Virus record (IMG/VR): IMGVR_UViG_3300045988_023906
DNA from: a virus
Length of the DNA stretch: 64,000 bases
Strand: one strand, 5' to 3'
Below the pieces are notes generated by a model, which was given only the letters and a program-made list of their open reading frames with translations, did not search any database and was not told the origin of the DNA. Of the stretch, positions 8,282 to 15,692 are shown piece after piece. The stretch's first letter is position 1; every line of letters starts with the position of its first letter. Both the position numbers and the translations under genes were made by a program.

Positions 8282-9988
8282 ATGAGTGCAGAAGGTAAAG
8301 AGTTTAAAGTAAATGTATCTACCGACAGAGCTACTGCAATAAGTAGCTCTGCTGGCAGTTACCCTAATGTGTTGTATTTCCCTATAGATGATGATAATGT
8401 CATCATATTTAATGGGAACATATATGATTGGAATGCAAGTGTAACTTCCCCCAAGTTAATCTCCTCAGGAGACCTGAATACATATAGGGGAACTCAATAT
8501 TTAGGTGTTTATTATGCCAATTATGGCAATAGTATAAGTAATAAACCTTCTGGAGTATCACAGTTTGCATTACATGTGCTCTTGGAGAATAATGACTCTT
8601 CGACTATACAGGTACTTTATTCAAAAAACAAGATATATACTAGAGCTTATGAGTCATCTTCTTGGTCTTCTTGGACTGAGATTGGTGCAGGAGGTGTAAC
8701 TTCTATACCTCAAGCTTCTAGTTCAGCATTAGGAGGTATAAAGATAGGGTACTCTGATAATGGCAGGAATTATGCTGTAGAGTTGGATAGTTCTGGTAAG
8801 GCTTATGTTAATGTACCATGGACAGATACAAATACAACATATAATGTTGCTACTGCTAGTGCCAATGGACTTATGAGTTCCAGTGATAAGTCCAAGCTTA
8901 ATGGAATCCAAGCAGGTGCAGATGCTGTGTCATTCAGCAGGTCTTTGTCTTCAGGTACAAAGATAGGTACCATTAATATTAATGGTGTCAATACTGACAT
9001 ATATGCTCCAACAGCAGGAGAGCCAGTTAAATATGAAGTAGCTACCTCAACTACACTAGGATTGGTCAGGATTGGGTATCCTGAGAGTGGTAAGAATTAT
9101 CCTGTTGAGCTTAATTCCTCAAATCAGATGTATGTCAATGTCCCTTGGACTGACAATAACACAACTTACTCAGCAGGAGCTGGACTTAATTTATCAGGAA
9201 CAGTTTTCTCCCTAAGGAAGGCAACACCTACTACACTAGGTGGTGTAAAGGTATCCAGCACTGAGATTAACACAATATCTACTGTTGCTGCTACTACTTT
9301 TGGTTTACAGAACAGAATATATCCTGTCCAGCTTGCTTATCCATCAGGTAGTGCAGGAACAGATGGTAATAAGGTACTTTCAGTGTATGTTCCTTGGGAG
9401 GATACTACTTATAGTGTAGTAAGTACCTCAAAGAATGGGTTAGTCAGTATGGATTCTGCATTGGCAGAGCTAGCCTACGAAGATAAGGATGCTGGTAACC
9501 TAGGTTCTCTTGCTAGATTTGGAGAGATGGGCATGTTGGAGGTTTCAACAATTATGGAAGATGACTTAGCTCTGGTTAATAAGAGTAATAGCTGGACAGC
9601 ATATCAGGACTTTAAGTCAGGTGCTGGTAATTCAGGCTCTGATATGAGATTCAAAAGGGAAGTCACATGTATGCCTGATGTGCTGGACAATCTGATGTCA
9701 TTAAATGTCATAAAGTATATATGGGAACACCCTGATGAAAATGGTATAAGATGCACTTTTGGTGTGAAAGCTGACCAGCTTCTGTCACTAGGTGGTGTAT
9801 ATGCTACTATGGTCCACAGCAGAGCTGATAAATATGATACCAAGTGGGTAGAATATGATAGATTTGGTGTGCTGGCAATCAAGGCATTACAGGAGGTTGT
9901 AATGAGGAACAAGCAACTGGAGAGCAGGATAGAATATCTTGAGGATACGATAAATTCTATGAGAAGAGTATGGGAAGAGAATTCATGA
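8282..9988 (+). CDS. Tail fibre/spike protein with three GxxKxGY...VNVPWTDTNTTY repeats and a C-terminal intramolecular chaperone (peptidase S74-type) domain
   Basis: The repeats are GGIKIGYSDNGRNYAVELDSSGKAYVNVPWTDTNTTY, LGLVRIGYPESGKNYPVELNSSNQMYVNVPWTDNNTTY and LGGVKVSS...LSVYVPWEDTTY. GLMSSSDKSKLNGI motifs are also present. Confidence 0.8.
   Translation: MSAEGKEFKVNVSTDRATAISSSAGSYPNVLYFPIDDDNVIIFNGNIYDWNASVTSPKLISSGDLNTYRGTQYLGVYYANYGNSISNKPSGVSQFALHVLLENNDSSTIQVLYSKNKIYTRAYESSSWSSWTEIGAGGVTSIPQASSSALGGIKIGYSDNGRNYAVELDSSGKAYVNVPWTDTNTTYNVATASANGLMSSSDKSKLNGIQAGADAVSFSRSLSSGTKIGTININGVNTDIYAPTAGEPVKYEVATSTTLGLVRIGYPESGKNYPVELNSSNQMYVNVPWTDNNTTYSAGAGLNLSGTVFSLRKATPTTLGGVKVSSTEINTISTVAATTFGLQNRIYPVQLAYPSGSAGTDGNKVLSVYVPWEDTTYSVVSTSKNGLVSMDSALAELAYEDKDAGNLGSLARFGEMGMLEVSTIMEDDLALVNKSNSWTAYQDFKSGAGNSGSDMRFKREVTCMPDVLDNLMSLNVIKYIWEHPDENGIRCTFGVKADQLLSLGGVYATMVHSRADKYDTKWVEYDRFGVLAIKALQEVVMRNKQLESRIEYLEDTINSMRRVWEENS
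9638..9988 (+). other. Auto-cleaving intramolecular chaperone domain (S74-like) of the 8282 fibre
   Basis: SDMRFKREV at codon 453 matches the S-D-x-R-x-K cleavage motif. It is followed by ...FGVKADQL...VEYDRFGVLAIKALQEV...LESRIEYLE, the typical ICD layout with a terminal coiled coil. Confidence 0.8.
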
Positions 9989-10800
9989 CACAAATAAAGG
10001 CAGTAAAGAAGGTAGGAGGTTTCCTACCTTCTGCTACAAAACGATTTTGTACAGCCTCTTGGCTTGCAGGCCATTCTGGTATATTTGATACCAACTCCCT
10101 ACAAGGGTATGAAGCAAAAGACTTTGTGAGTGAAATGCATATAAAGCCTGCTATAGTAACAACTAAATATGAAATAACAATTCCTGAGGTGAGGGTTTCT
10201 TTTGGATTTGAAAGTGGCACTCCTCAAAGATTTACATATCTTAGTGACTCTGACCAATTATCACAGACTAAGGCAGTCTTATGTGCAGTACCTGTTGATG
10301 GTGGTCAGATTTCTTCAAGTGTATATACTCCTACTAATGGTGGTAGAGATGACAATTATGGTGTACAGTATATGCTATTCTCAGGCATGAAAATATCTGT
10401 TGTTGCAGGCACCTCACTAGCTAAGTTATACATAGTATTGTATAATGACCAAAATACCATGGTTCAGTATAATAACAAGAGCATTACCAATCTTATGTCA
10501 GGTAACAACATATATAAGCTGGCTAATGCTACTATGAGAAATAGTTCTGTTTACAGTAGCCTGTTTAATGGTGCAAATTACACAAAGACACAAGCAGTAG
10601 GTGATTCTAATGGTAATGCTACTAATTCTGTGTGGTGTGCTATGCTTCCATTGACAGATGATGGAAAATCTAATGGGAGTTATTCAGTAGGTTCAAGCAT
10701 GGAGACACCTCCCACTAATGTCAATTCTAACCAGCAACTGTACAACTTCAAGGGTTCTATAGTTTACAACAAATTAAGTTCATTTACTCCAACTACATAG
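9985..10800 (+). CDS. Hypothetical virion/fibre-associated protein (271 aa)
   Basis: The ATG at 9985 forms an ATGA overlap with the upstream stop; an alternative ATG lies at 9970. The protein is Ser/Asn/Thr-rich and appears beta-rich. No motif was recognised. Confidence 0.5.
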   Translation: MTQIKAVKKVGGFLPSATKRFCTASWLAGHSGIFDTNSLQGYEAKDFVSEMHIKPAIVTTKYEITIPEVRVSFGFESGTPQRFTYLSDSDQLSQTKAVLCAVPVDGGQISSSVYTPTNGGRDDNYGVQYMLFSGMKISVVAGTSLAKLYIVLYNDQNTMVQYNNKSITNLMSGNNIYKLANATMRNSSVYSSLFNGANYTKTQAVGDSNGNATNSVWCAMLPLTDDGKSNGSYSVGSSMETPPTNVNSNQQLYNFKGSIVYNKLSSFTPTT

Positions 10801-10802
10801 CT

Positions 10803-11417
10803 ATGAGAAAGATATTAGTAAGTATTATATCAGTGATTATGCTGGCTTCCATATCCTGTTCCATGTATTACTGCAATGGGTATAAGAAAATATCTGATGA
10901 GTTGGCTGTTGCAGTGAATAACAATAAGGCATACTCCTTGGAGAACAGTTCCCTGAAGAAGGAAAATAGAGTGTATAAGCTAACTGCTGAGCAGCTTGAG
11001 TATTACAGTGATTCCATTACTGTTGAAATGGACAGGATTAGAAAGGAGTTGAAGATAAAGGATAAGGATTTGCAATACTTACAATATCTGTTATCTACAT
11101 CAGAAAGGATAGATACTGTTACTTTCCAAGATACCATATTCAGTGAAACAACATTTCATGTTGATACTCTGATTGGGGATAAATGGTATCAGTTGAAGCT
11201 GGGAATGAAATTCCCTAATGTCATTACAGTGCATCCTAAATTTGTAAGTGAGAAATACATAGTTACACATAGCAAGAAAGAGACTGTAAATCCTCCTAAG
11301 AAATTTTTTCTGTTTAGATGGTTTCAGAAGAAACATAGAGTGGTGGAAGTTACTATTGTGGAAAATAGTCCTTATGTGAATAATAAGCAGCAAAAATTTA
11401 TTGAAATAATTAAATGA
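10803..11417 (+). CDS. Signal-anchored or lipoprotein-like coiled-coil protein (204 aa)
   Basis: The N-terminus MRKILVSIISVIMLASISCS is hydrophobic and ends in Cys, followed by a coiled-coil-like segment. The architecture recalls membrane proteins next to lysis genes in Bacteroidota prophages (from memory). Confidence 0.5.
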   Translation: MRKILVSIISVIMLASISCSMYYCNGYKKISDELAVAVNNNKAYSLENSSLKKENRVYKLTAEQLEYYSDSITVEMDRIRKELKIKDKDLQYLQYLLSTSERIDTVTFQDTIFSETTFHVDTLIGDKWYQLKLGMKFPNVITVHPKFVSEKYIVTHSKKETVNPPKKFFLFRWFQKKHRVVEVTIVENSPYVNNKQQKFIEIIK

Positions 11418-11418
11418 C

Positions 11419-11799
11419 ATGATTGACCTAGGTATATTAATTACTGGAGGAGTAGGGATAATAACCACAGTAATCAGTGGTTGGACTTCTTGGTTCTTTG
11501 CAAGAAGAAAGTATAATAGTGAGGTAGATAATAACCTCATAGAGAACATGCAGCAGTCTTTGGAGTTTTATAAGAAGTTGTCTGATGACAACAAAAACAG
11601 ACTTGACGAGGTTCTTAAAAGAAATGCAGAGCTGGAACAGGAGATAAAGGATTTAAGGAAGCAGATGTTCAGTCTCATGAACTCCATCTGTACTGACCTT
11701 ACTTGTCAGTTGAGAAAAAGAAACTTGAATTTATTTAATGAGCAAAATGGAACTGATAGTAGACAGGAAATGGAAGAAACAGAGTTACACGATAAGTAA
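11419..11799 (+). CDS. Single-pass membrane protein with a coiled coil (holin- or i-spanin-like)
   Basis: The TM segment GILITGGVGIITTVISGWTSWFF is followed by ARRK and then a heptad-like region, LDEVLKRNAELEQEIKDLRKQMFSL. Confidence 0.5.
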   Translation: MIDLGILITGGVGIITTVISGWTSWFFARRKYNSEVDNNLIENMQQSLEFYKKLSDDNKNRLDEVLKRNAELEQEIKDLRKQMFSLMNSICTDLTCQLRKRNLNLFNEQNGTDSRQEMEETELHDK

Positions 11800-12211
11800 C
11801 CTCCTTGTAGATGGGAAGTGGTTCTGTAATGTACTTGAAGATACTGATAGAGGATTAGATGACAGCATGAGTGTCGCTAAAATCAAATCCTTAAAGAAAT
11901 CAGGCATTACAGCAATCCCTAGCGGAACTTATGATGTAACTTTAGATGTATATAGCCCTAAGTTTGAGTCTAAATCTTTCTACAAAGAAACATGCAATGG
12001 CAAATTGCCCAGACTTCTTAATGTAAAGGGGTTTGATGGTATCCTTATACATGCAGGTAATACAGATAAGGATACTTCAGGATGTCTCTTGGTAGGTGTA
12101 AACTCTGAAGTTGGTAAGGTTCTGAATAGTCGGGATACATTCAGGAAGCTATATAAGCTACTTCAAGAGGGCAAGAATAGAGGTGAGAAAATAACCATAA
12201 AAATTCTATGA
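11747..12211 (+). CDS. DUF5675-like protein, possible cell-wall-active enzyme (H...SGC motif)
   Basis: MELIVDRKW..SNLLVDGKWFCNVLED...TAIPSGTYDVTL...GILIHAGNTDKDTSGCLLVG fits my memory of DUF5675. The start is uncertain (11738 or 11747). Confidence 0.55.
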   Translation: MELIVDRKWKKQSYTISNLLVDGKWFCNVLEDTDRGLDDSMSVAKIKSLKKSGITAIPSGTYDVTLDVYSPKFESKSFYKETCNGKLPRLLNVKGFDGILIHAGNTDKDTSGCLLVGVNSEVGKVLNSRDTFRKLYKLLQEGKNRGEKITIKIL

Positions 12212-12262
12212 TATGGCAAAGAAGTGTGGTTGCAAAGGAAAAGGTAAGAACAATAGAGGTAA

Positions 12263-12523
12263 ATGATTATGGATGCAAGAATAGTTTCAAATCAAGTTAT
12301 AAATAGCCTTCAAATATCTGTACTGAAGGAGGTGCCTTCAGGGAACTTCAATCCCGGAGTCAACTTCCTACTGAAGAATATATCTGATAATGATGTGGAG
12401 GTTACTATAATTCCAGCAGGACAAAAGGATAGCATAAAGACTATTCTAGGTGTTGGATGGAATCCAGAGATATGTAAAGGTGTTATAAATGCCCCTTCAG
12501 GAGTTCTTCAATATGGATATTAA
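12263..12523 (+). CDS. Hypothetical protein (86 aa)
   Basis: ORF tightly packed before the fibre gene. No motif was recognised. Confidence 0.45.
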   Translation: MIMDARIVSNQVINSLQISVLKEVPSGNFNPGVNFLLKNISDNDVEVTIIPAGQKDSIKTILGVGWNPEICKGVINAPSGVLQYGY

Positions 12524-12526
12524 GAT

Positions 12527-14623
12527 ATGGCAACAGCAATTATAGGTACATTAAAGCATCTTCCTAAGGCATCAATACTGCCTACTTTACCAGAGACAGG
12601 TAGACCTAACAGGATATATTTTATCCCCAATGAAGACCCTACAGAAGATAATAGGTATAATGAATATCTATGGGTAAAGGATGAGACTTATCCTGATGGC
12701 CATTGGGAGCTTGTTGGTCCTGCCACAATAGACCTGACTGATTATGCCACTAAGGAAGAGGTAAGTGATTTGGAAGACTCCATAGGTGAGCAAATAAAGA
12801 AGTATTTGCCCTTATCAGGAGGTACAATGGATAAGGGCAGCAACATATCCTTCCCATCAGATAGTGGGAGTACTGTGTATAATGGTTCTGGAATATCAGT
12901 GGGTGGCAAAGCCAGTACTGACATCCTACATGCAGCAGGAGGCACTACTAAAATCAAGACCTTGAATGGAGAATCTATGTTAGGAGAAGGTAATATTGTA
13001 ATAGACCCTTCAAGTGTTCCAGTATCTTTAAGCTGGTATAATAGGACTAGCAGTCAGCAGGATGCCACAATAAACCTGACAATTGGAGATACCACAGTAA
13101 ACCTATTCCCTAATATATTCAAATTATTTAAGGCTGGTAAAGTTTCCACTTCCGAGTCCCTTAGTATAGAACTTACTGCTAATCCTGGGGTAAGTGGGAC
13201 ACCACAAGTTCCTACCTCATTATGCCAGTGGAGCATACCTTTGGCTGACAGTAATACCGCAGGTATTATATCAAGTGAGGATAAGGCTAAGTTAGATAAC
13301 CTATCTGACCCAAAGAATTTGCTAGCTTATGGTGTGGAATGGGATTCTACCAACAGTAGCCCTGTACTTACTAGAATAGGTAACATGAGCCTGCATAAGT
13401 CTCTCCCAATACAATCAGCATTAAGAGGATGTGTATGCCAAGGTAAAAGGATAATGTATTATTTGGACCCAAATGACTGGTCTAAGAAAGCAGATGGTAC
13501 AGATTCCAGATTGGATGGATATGATGGTACTGTACAGGTAGAAGTACCTGAATTTTATTTGTGGTCTGAAACGGAAGGAACCAAATCCAGAGTATATGTG
13601 TCTACCCAAAAAGTAGTTTCTTATGCTATAAGGATTCCTCATATGTTGGTAGATGCTTATAGGAGTACTGTACTTAATGAAGTGCCTGAGGATATGGGCT
13701 ATTTATCTACACTTCAAGTAAATAGTGCTATTTCAGTTGTAAATACCTCTTCTTATTGTAGAGGAGGAAATAATAGCTCTAGCAGTGATACCTACTTGGA
13801 ATCGGATAAATTCAGGACTAGTTTAGGAAAACCTAGAACAAACACTAGTAGGGCAAACTTCAGAACTTATGCCAAAAATGCTGGCAAGATGTTGCTTACT
13901 TATGAGTACTACAAATCAATATTCTATTGGTTGTATGTTATAGAATATGCAAACTTCAATAGTCAGGCAAACTATGTTGAAGATTTGACTGAAGATGGAT
14001 ATAGACAGGGAGGGCTTGGCAATGGAGTTACTACTTGGAGTGATGCTGTTTGGAATACTTATAATGGCAGATGCCCAATAACTCCATGTGGGTATTGTAA
14101 TGAGTTTGGTAACTTTACTGGAATTAAGGACTTGGTAATTCCTGCTTCAGATGGTATCAGTACCGTAACTTTCAAAGTACCAAGGTGGAGAGGATTTGAT
14201 AATGTGTTTGGAGATATTTGGACTAATCTGGATGGTATCCTAATAGATACTTCTGTCAGTGCCAGTAAGTCCACACCAAACTATGTGTATATTATAAATG
14301 ACCCTGATAAGTTCACTGATACTTTGTCAGATGCACCTACCAATGCGGATAGAGTAGTAGTATCAGGACATACAGGAGGGTATATTACAAAGTGGGCATT
14401 AGGGGAGTATGCAGATATAATACCTGTTAGTGTTGGTGGTTCTGCAACTACTTATATGTGTGACTGTTACTGGGTAGATTCTGATAATACTCAGAATACA
14501 CTACTGGTTGGTGGCCGGGCTCATTATGGTTCTAATGCTGGCTTGGCTTACTTCTTTTCTGCTCATGGTTCGGGTTATGTTTCTGCCCATGTCGGCTTTA
14601 GGTGCTTAACACTGATAAGCTGA
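12527..14623 (+). CDS. Tail fibre / receptor-binding protein (698 aa), target of the DGR, with a CLec/FGE-like C-terminus
   Basis: N-terminal NRIYFIPNE...YNEYLWVKD...GHWELVG, a fibre motif NTAGIISSEDKAKLDNL, and C-terminal LLVGGRAHYGSNAGLAYFFSAHGSGYVSAHVGFRC carrying the variable repeat. Confidence 0.8.
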   Translation: MATAIIGTLKHLPKASILPTLPETGRPNRIYFIPNEDPTEDNRYNEYLWVKDETYPDGHWELVGPATIDLTDYATKEEVSDLEDSIGEQIKKYLPLSGGTMDKGSNISFPSDSGSTVYNGSGISVGGKASTDILHAAGGTTKIKTLNGESMLGEGNIVIDPSSVPVSLSWYNRTSSQQDATINLTIGDTTVNLFPNIFKLFKAGKVSTSESLSIELTANPGVSGTPQVPTSLCQWSIPLADSNTAGIISSEDKAKLDNLSDPKNLLAYGVEWDSTNSSPVLTRIGNMSLHKSLPIQSALRGCVCQGKRIMYYLDPNDWSKKADGTDSRLDGYDGTVQVEVPEFYLWSETEGTKSRVYVSTQKVVSYAIRIPHMLVDAYRSTVLNEVPEDMGYLSTLQVNSAISVVNTSSYCRGGNNSSSSDTYLESDKFRTSLGKPRTNTSRANFRTYAKNAGKMLLTYEYYKSIFYWLYVIEYANFNSQANYVEDLTEDGYRQGGLGNGVTTWSDAVWNTYNGRCPITPCGYCNEFGNFTGIKDLVIPASDGISTVTFKVPRWRGFDNVFGDIWTNLDGILIDTSVSASKSTPNYVYIINDPDKFTDTLSDAPTNADRVVVSGHTGGYITKWALGEYADIIPVSVGGSATTYMCDCYWVDSDNTQNTLLVGGRAHYGSNAGLAYFFSAHGSGYVSAHVGFRCLTLIS
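14504..14603 (+). repeat. DGR variable repeat (VR)
   Basis: 100 nt, 78/100 identical to 14702-14801 with no indels. All 22 mismatches lie opposite an A in the downstream copy. Confidence 0.9.
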
Positions 14624-14701
14624 TTTGATAAAGAAAAGAAAATCATAGTTTTACTATGTAGGACATATATTATACGACTTGGTTAGTTCTAATTGTAAAA
14701 A

Positions 14702-14801
14702 CTAGTTAGTAGCAAGGCTAATAATGGTTCTAATGCTAGCTTGGCTAACTTCAATTCTACTAATAGTTCAGGTAATGTTAATGCCAATATCAGCTTAAGG
14801 T
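14702..14801 (+). repeat. DGR template repeat (TR), non-coding
   Basis: Intergenic copy. It has 31 adenines, 22 of which differ in the VR. In the VR frame it reads LVSSKANNGSNASLANFNSTNSSGNVNANISLR, rich in AAT/AAC/AGC codons. It possibly extends 5 nt upstream to 14697, and is followed by a T10 run. Confidence 0.9.
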
Positions 14802-14928
14802 ATTTTTTTTTTGTTTTCTCTTTAAATTTTATATGTGATATATGTTCCTTGCCTCTAGGCAAAAGATAAATAGTTTAAAAAGTACTAGTAAGAGTTGCTG
14901 AAAGTGCTTAATATGAAACACCTAAATT

Positions 14929-15063
14929 ATGGTTAAAAGAAAAGGAAATTTGATTTTATCCCTATGCAGGATGGATAATATTCTCTTGGCAGATACAAAT
15001 GCTAGGAAAGCTAAAAGGAGGAGTAGAAGATTTATAGAAAAACATGATAAGAATATTATAGAA
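14929..15063 (+). pseudogene. N-terminal stub of a DGR-type reverse transcriptase
   Basis: MVKRKGNLILSLCRMDNILLADTNARKAKRRSRRFIEKHDKN matches the remembered RT N-terminal pattern M-KR-GNL...NL-LA--NARKGK. The RT finger/palm motifs (YxDD) are absent downstream. Confidence 0.6.
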
Positions 15064-15539
15064 GAGGATAGAAACTACCCTAGAAGGCATGAAGATGATG
15101 GTTTCATGGATGTGTTTGATTCTAGAAGCAATAGGTTTGGTGACAGGTTCAGAGACTCTGGCATGAGAGGAAATGACATGGACAGAATAATAAAGTACAT
15201 GAGACATTCCATGAATGATGGAGAACACTTTACTGAATCTGAAGCTATGGATTTGGTATCTAATATGAGGGTGGCAGAAAGTATAGTGGAGAAAAGTTTG
15301 ATATACATAAGGCAAAGGAAATTTGTGAAAGGTATAGAGGAGTGATTCCTGTGTCTGCAACTCCTACTGATGTGTATGTGGCAATCAACTCACAGTATCA
15401 TGATTATGTTGAGCTGTTTAAGAGTTGGTTTGGTGATAATGTAGACCAAAAGATAATAGAATCTGCTATTATATTCTGGTTCAAAGATGTGGATTGCAAA
15501 GCCGAAAACAAGGTAGTAGAATATCTTGGAGAATACTAA
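14929..15539 (+). pseudogene. Chimeric, frameshifted ORF: RT stub fused to an R/D-rich conserved hypothetical gene split by a -1 frameshift near 15264
   Basis: Frame A reads ...GEHFTESEAMDLVSN. The -1 frame continues YEGGRKYSGEKFDIHKAKEICERYRGVIPVSATPTDVYVAINSQYHDYVELFKSWFGDNVDQKIIESAIIFWFKD. Together these reconstitute one familiar protein family (from memory). Confidence 0.55.
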
Positions 15540-15545
15540 TAAGAT

Positions 15546-15577
15546 AAGGGTAAGAGGTAATCTTACCCTTTCTTTTT
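15546..15577 (+). terminator. Rho-independent terminator
   Basis: Perfect 10-bp stem AAGGGTAAGA/TCTTACCCTT with a 5-nt loop, followed by TCTTTTT. Confidence 0.75.
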
Positions 15578-15629
15578 GTCCATATTGCAAGTATTTTTAT
15601 ATGCTACTAATAAGTGTTTTATTTACTAT

Positions 15630-15661
15630 CTTGCAGATATGCAAAACTTTACTTACCTTTG
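15630..15661 (+). promoter_or_regulatory. Bacteroides-type promoter (cTTG-N20-TAccTTTG) for the scaffold/capsid operon
   Basis: TTG at 15631-15633, a 20-nt spacer and TACCTTTG at 15654-15661, within TTACTTACCTTTGCA. Confidence 0.7.
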
Positions 15662-15692
15662 CACTGTTTTAAGAACAAAAAGGTAGAAGAGT

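Noticed and set aside
14604-14625. IMH-like element or target hairpin just 3' of the VR (GCTTA-ACACTGA-TAAGC).
   Set aside because: It has only a 5-bp stem, and there is no shared GC-rich IMH/IMH* sequence between the VR and TR 3' flanks. That is too weak to call.
14659-14696. Upstream extension of the TR/VR homology beyond about 14697 / 14499.
   Set aside because: At the same offset the next positions mismatch at non-A template bases. A weak resemblance (GGTTAGTTCTAAT versus GGTAGATTCTGAT) needs a 10-nt indel.
14504-14801. Ordinary duplication, or G-to-A deaminase-type hypermutation, as the explanation for the repeat pair.
   Set aside because: Mismatches are not only G/A. Twelve of the 22 are C or T in the coding copy against A in the intergenic copy, and no non-A position differs. 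Random divergence or deamination would not give this pattern.
15255-15275. Programmed -1 ribosomal frameshifting at 15264, and likewise at 57127-57132.
   Set aside because: There is no X-XXY-YYZ slippery heptamer or obvious downstream structure at either site. Mutation or sequencing error is the simpler reading.
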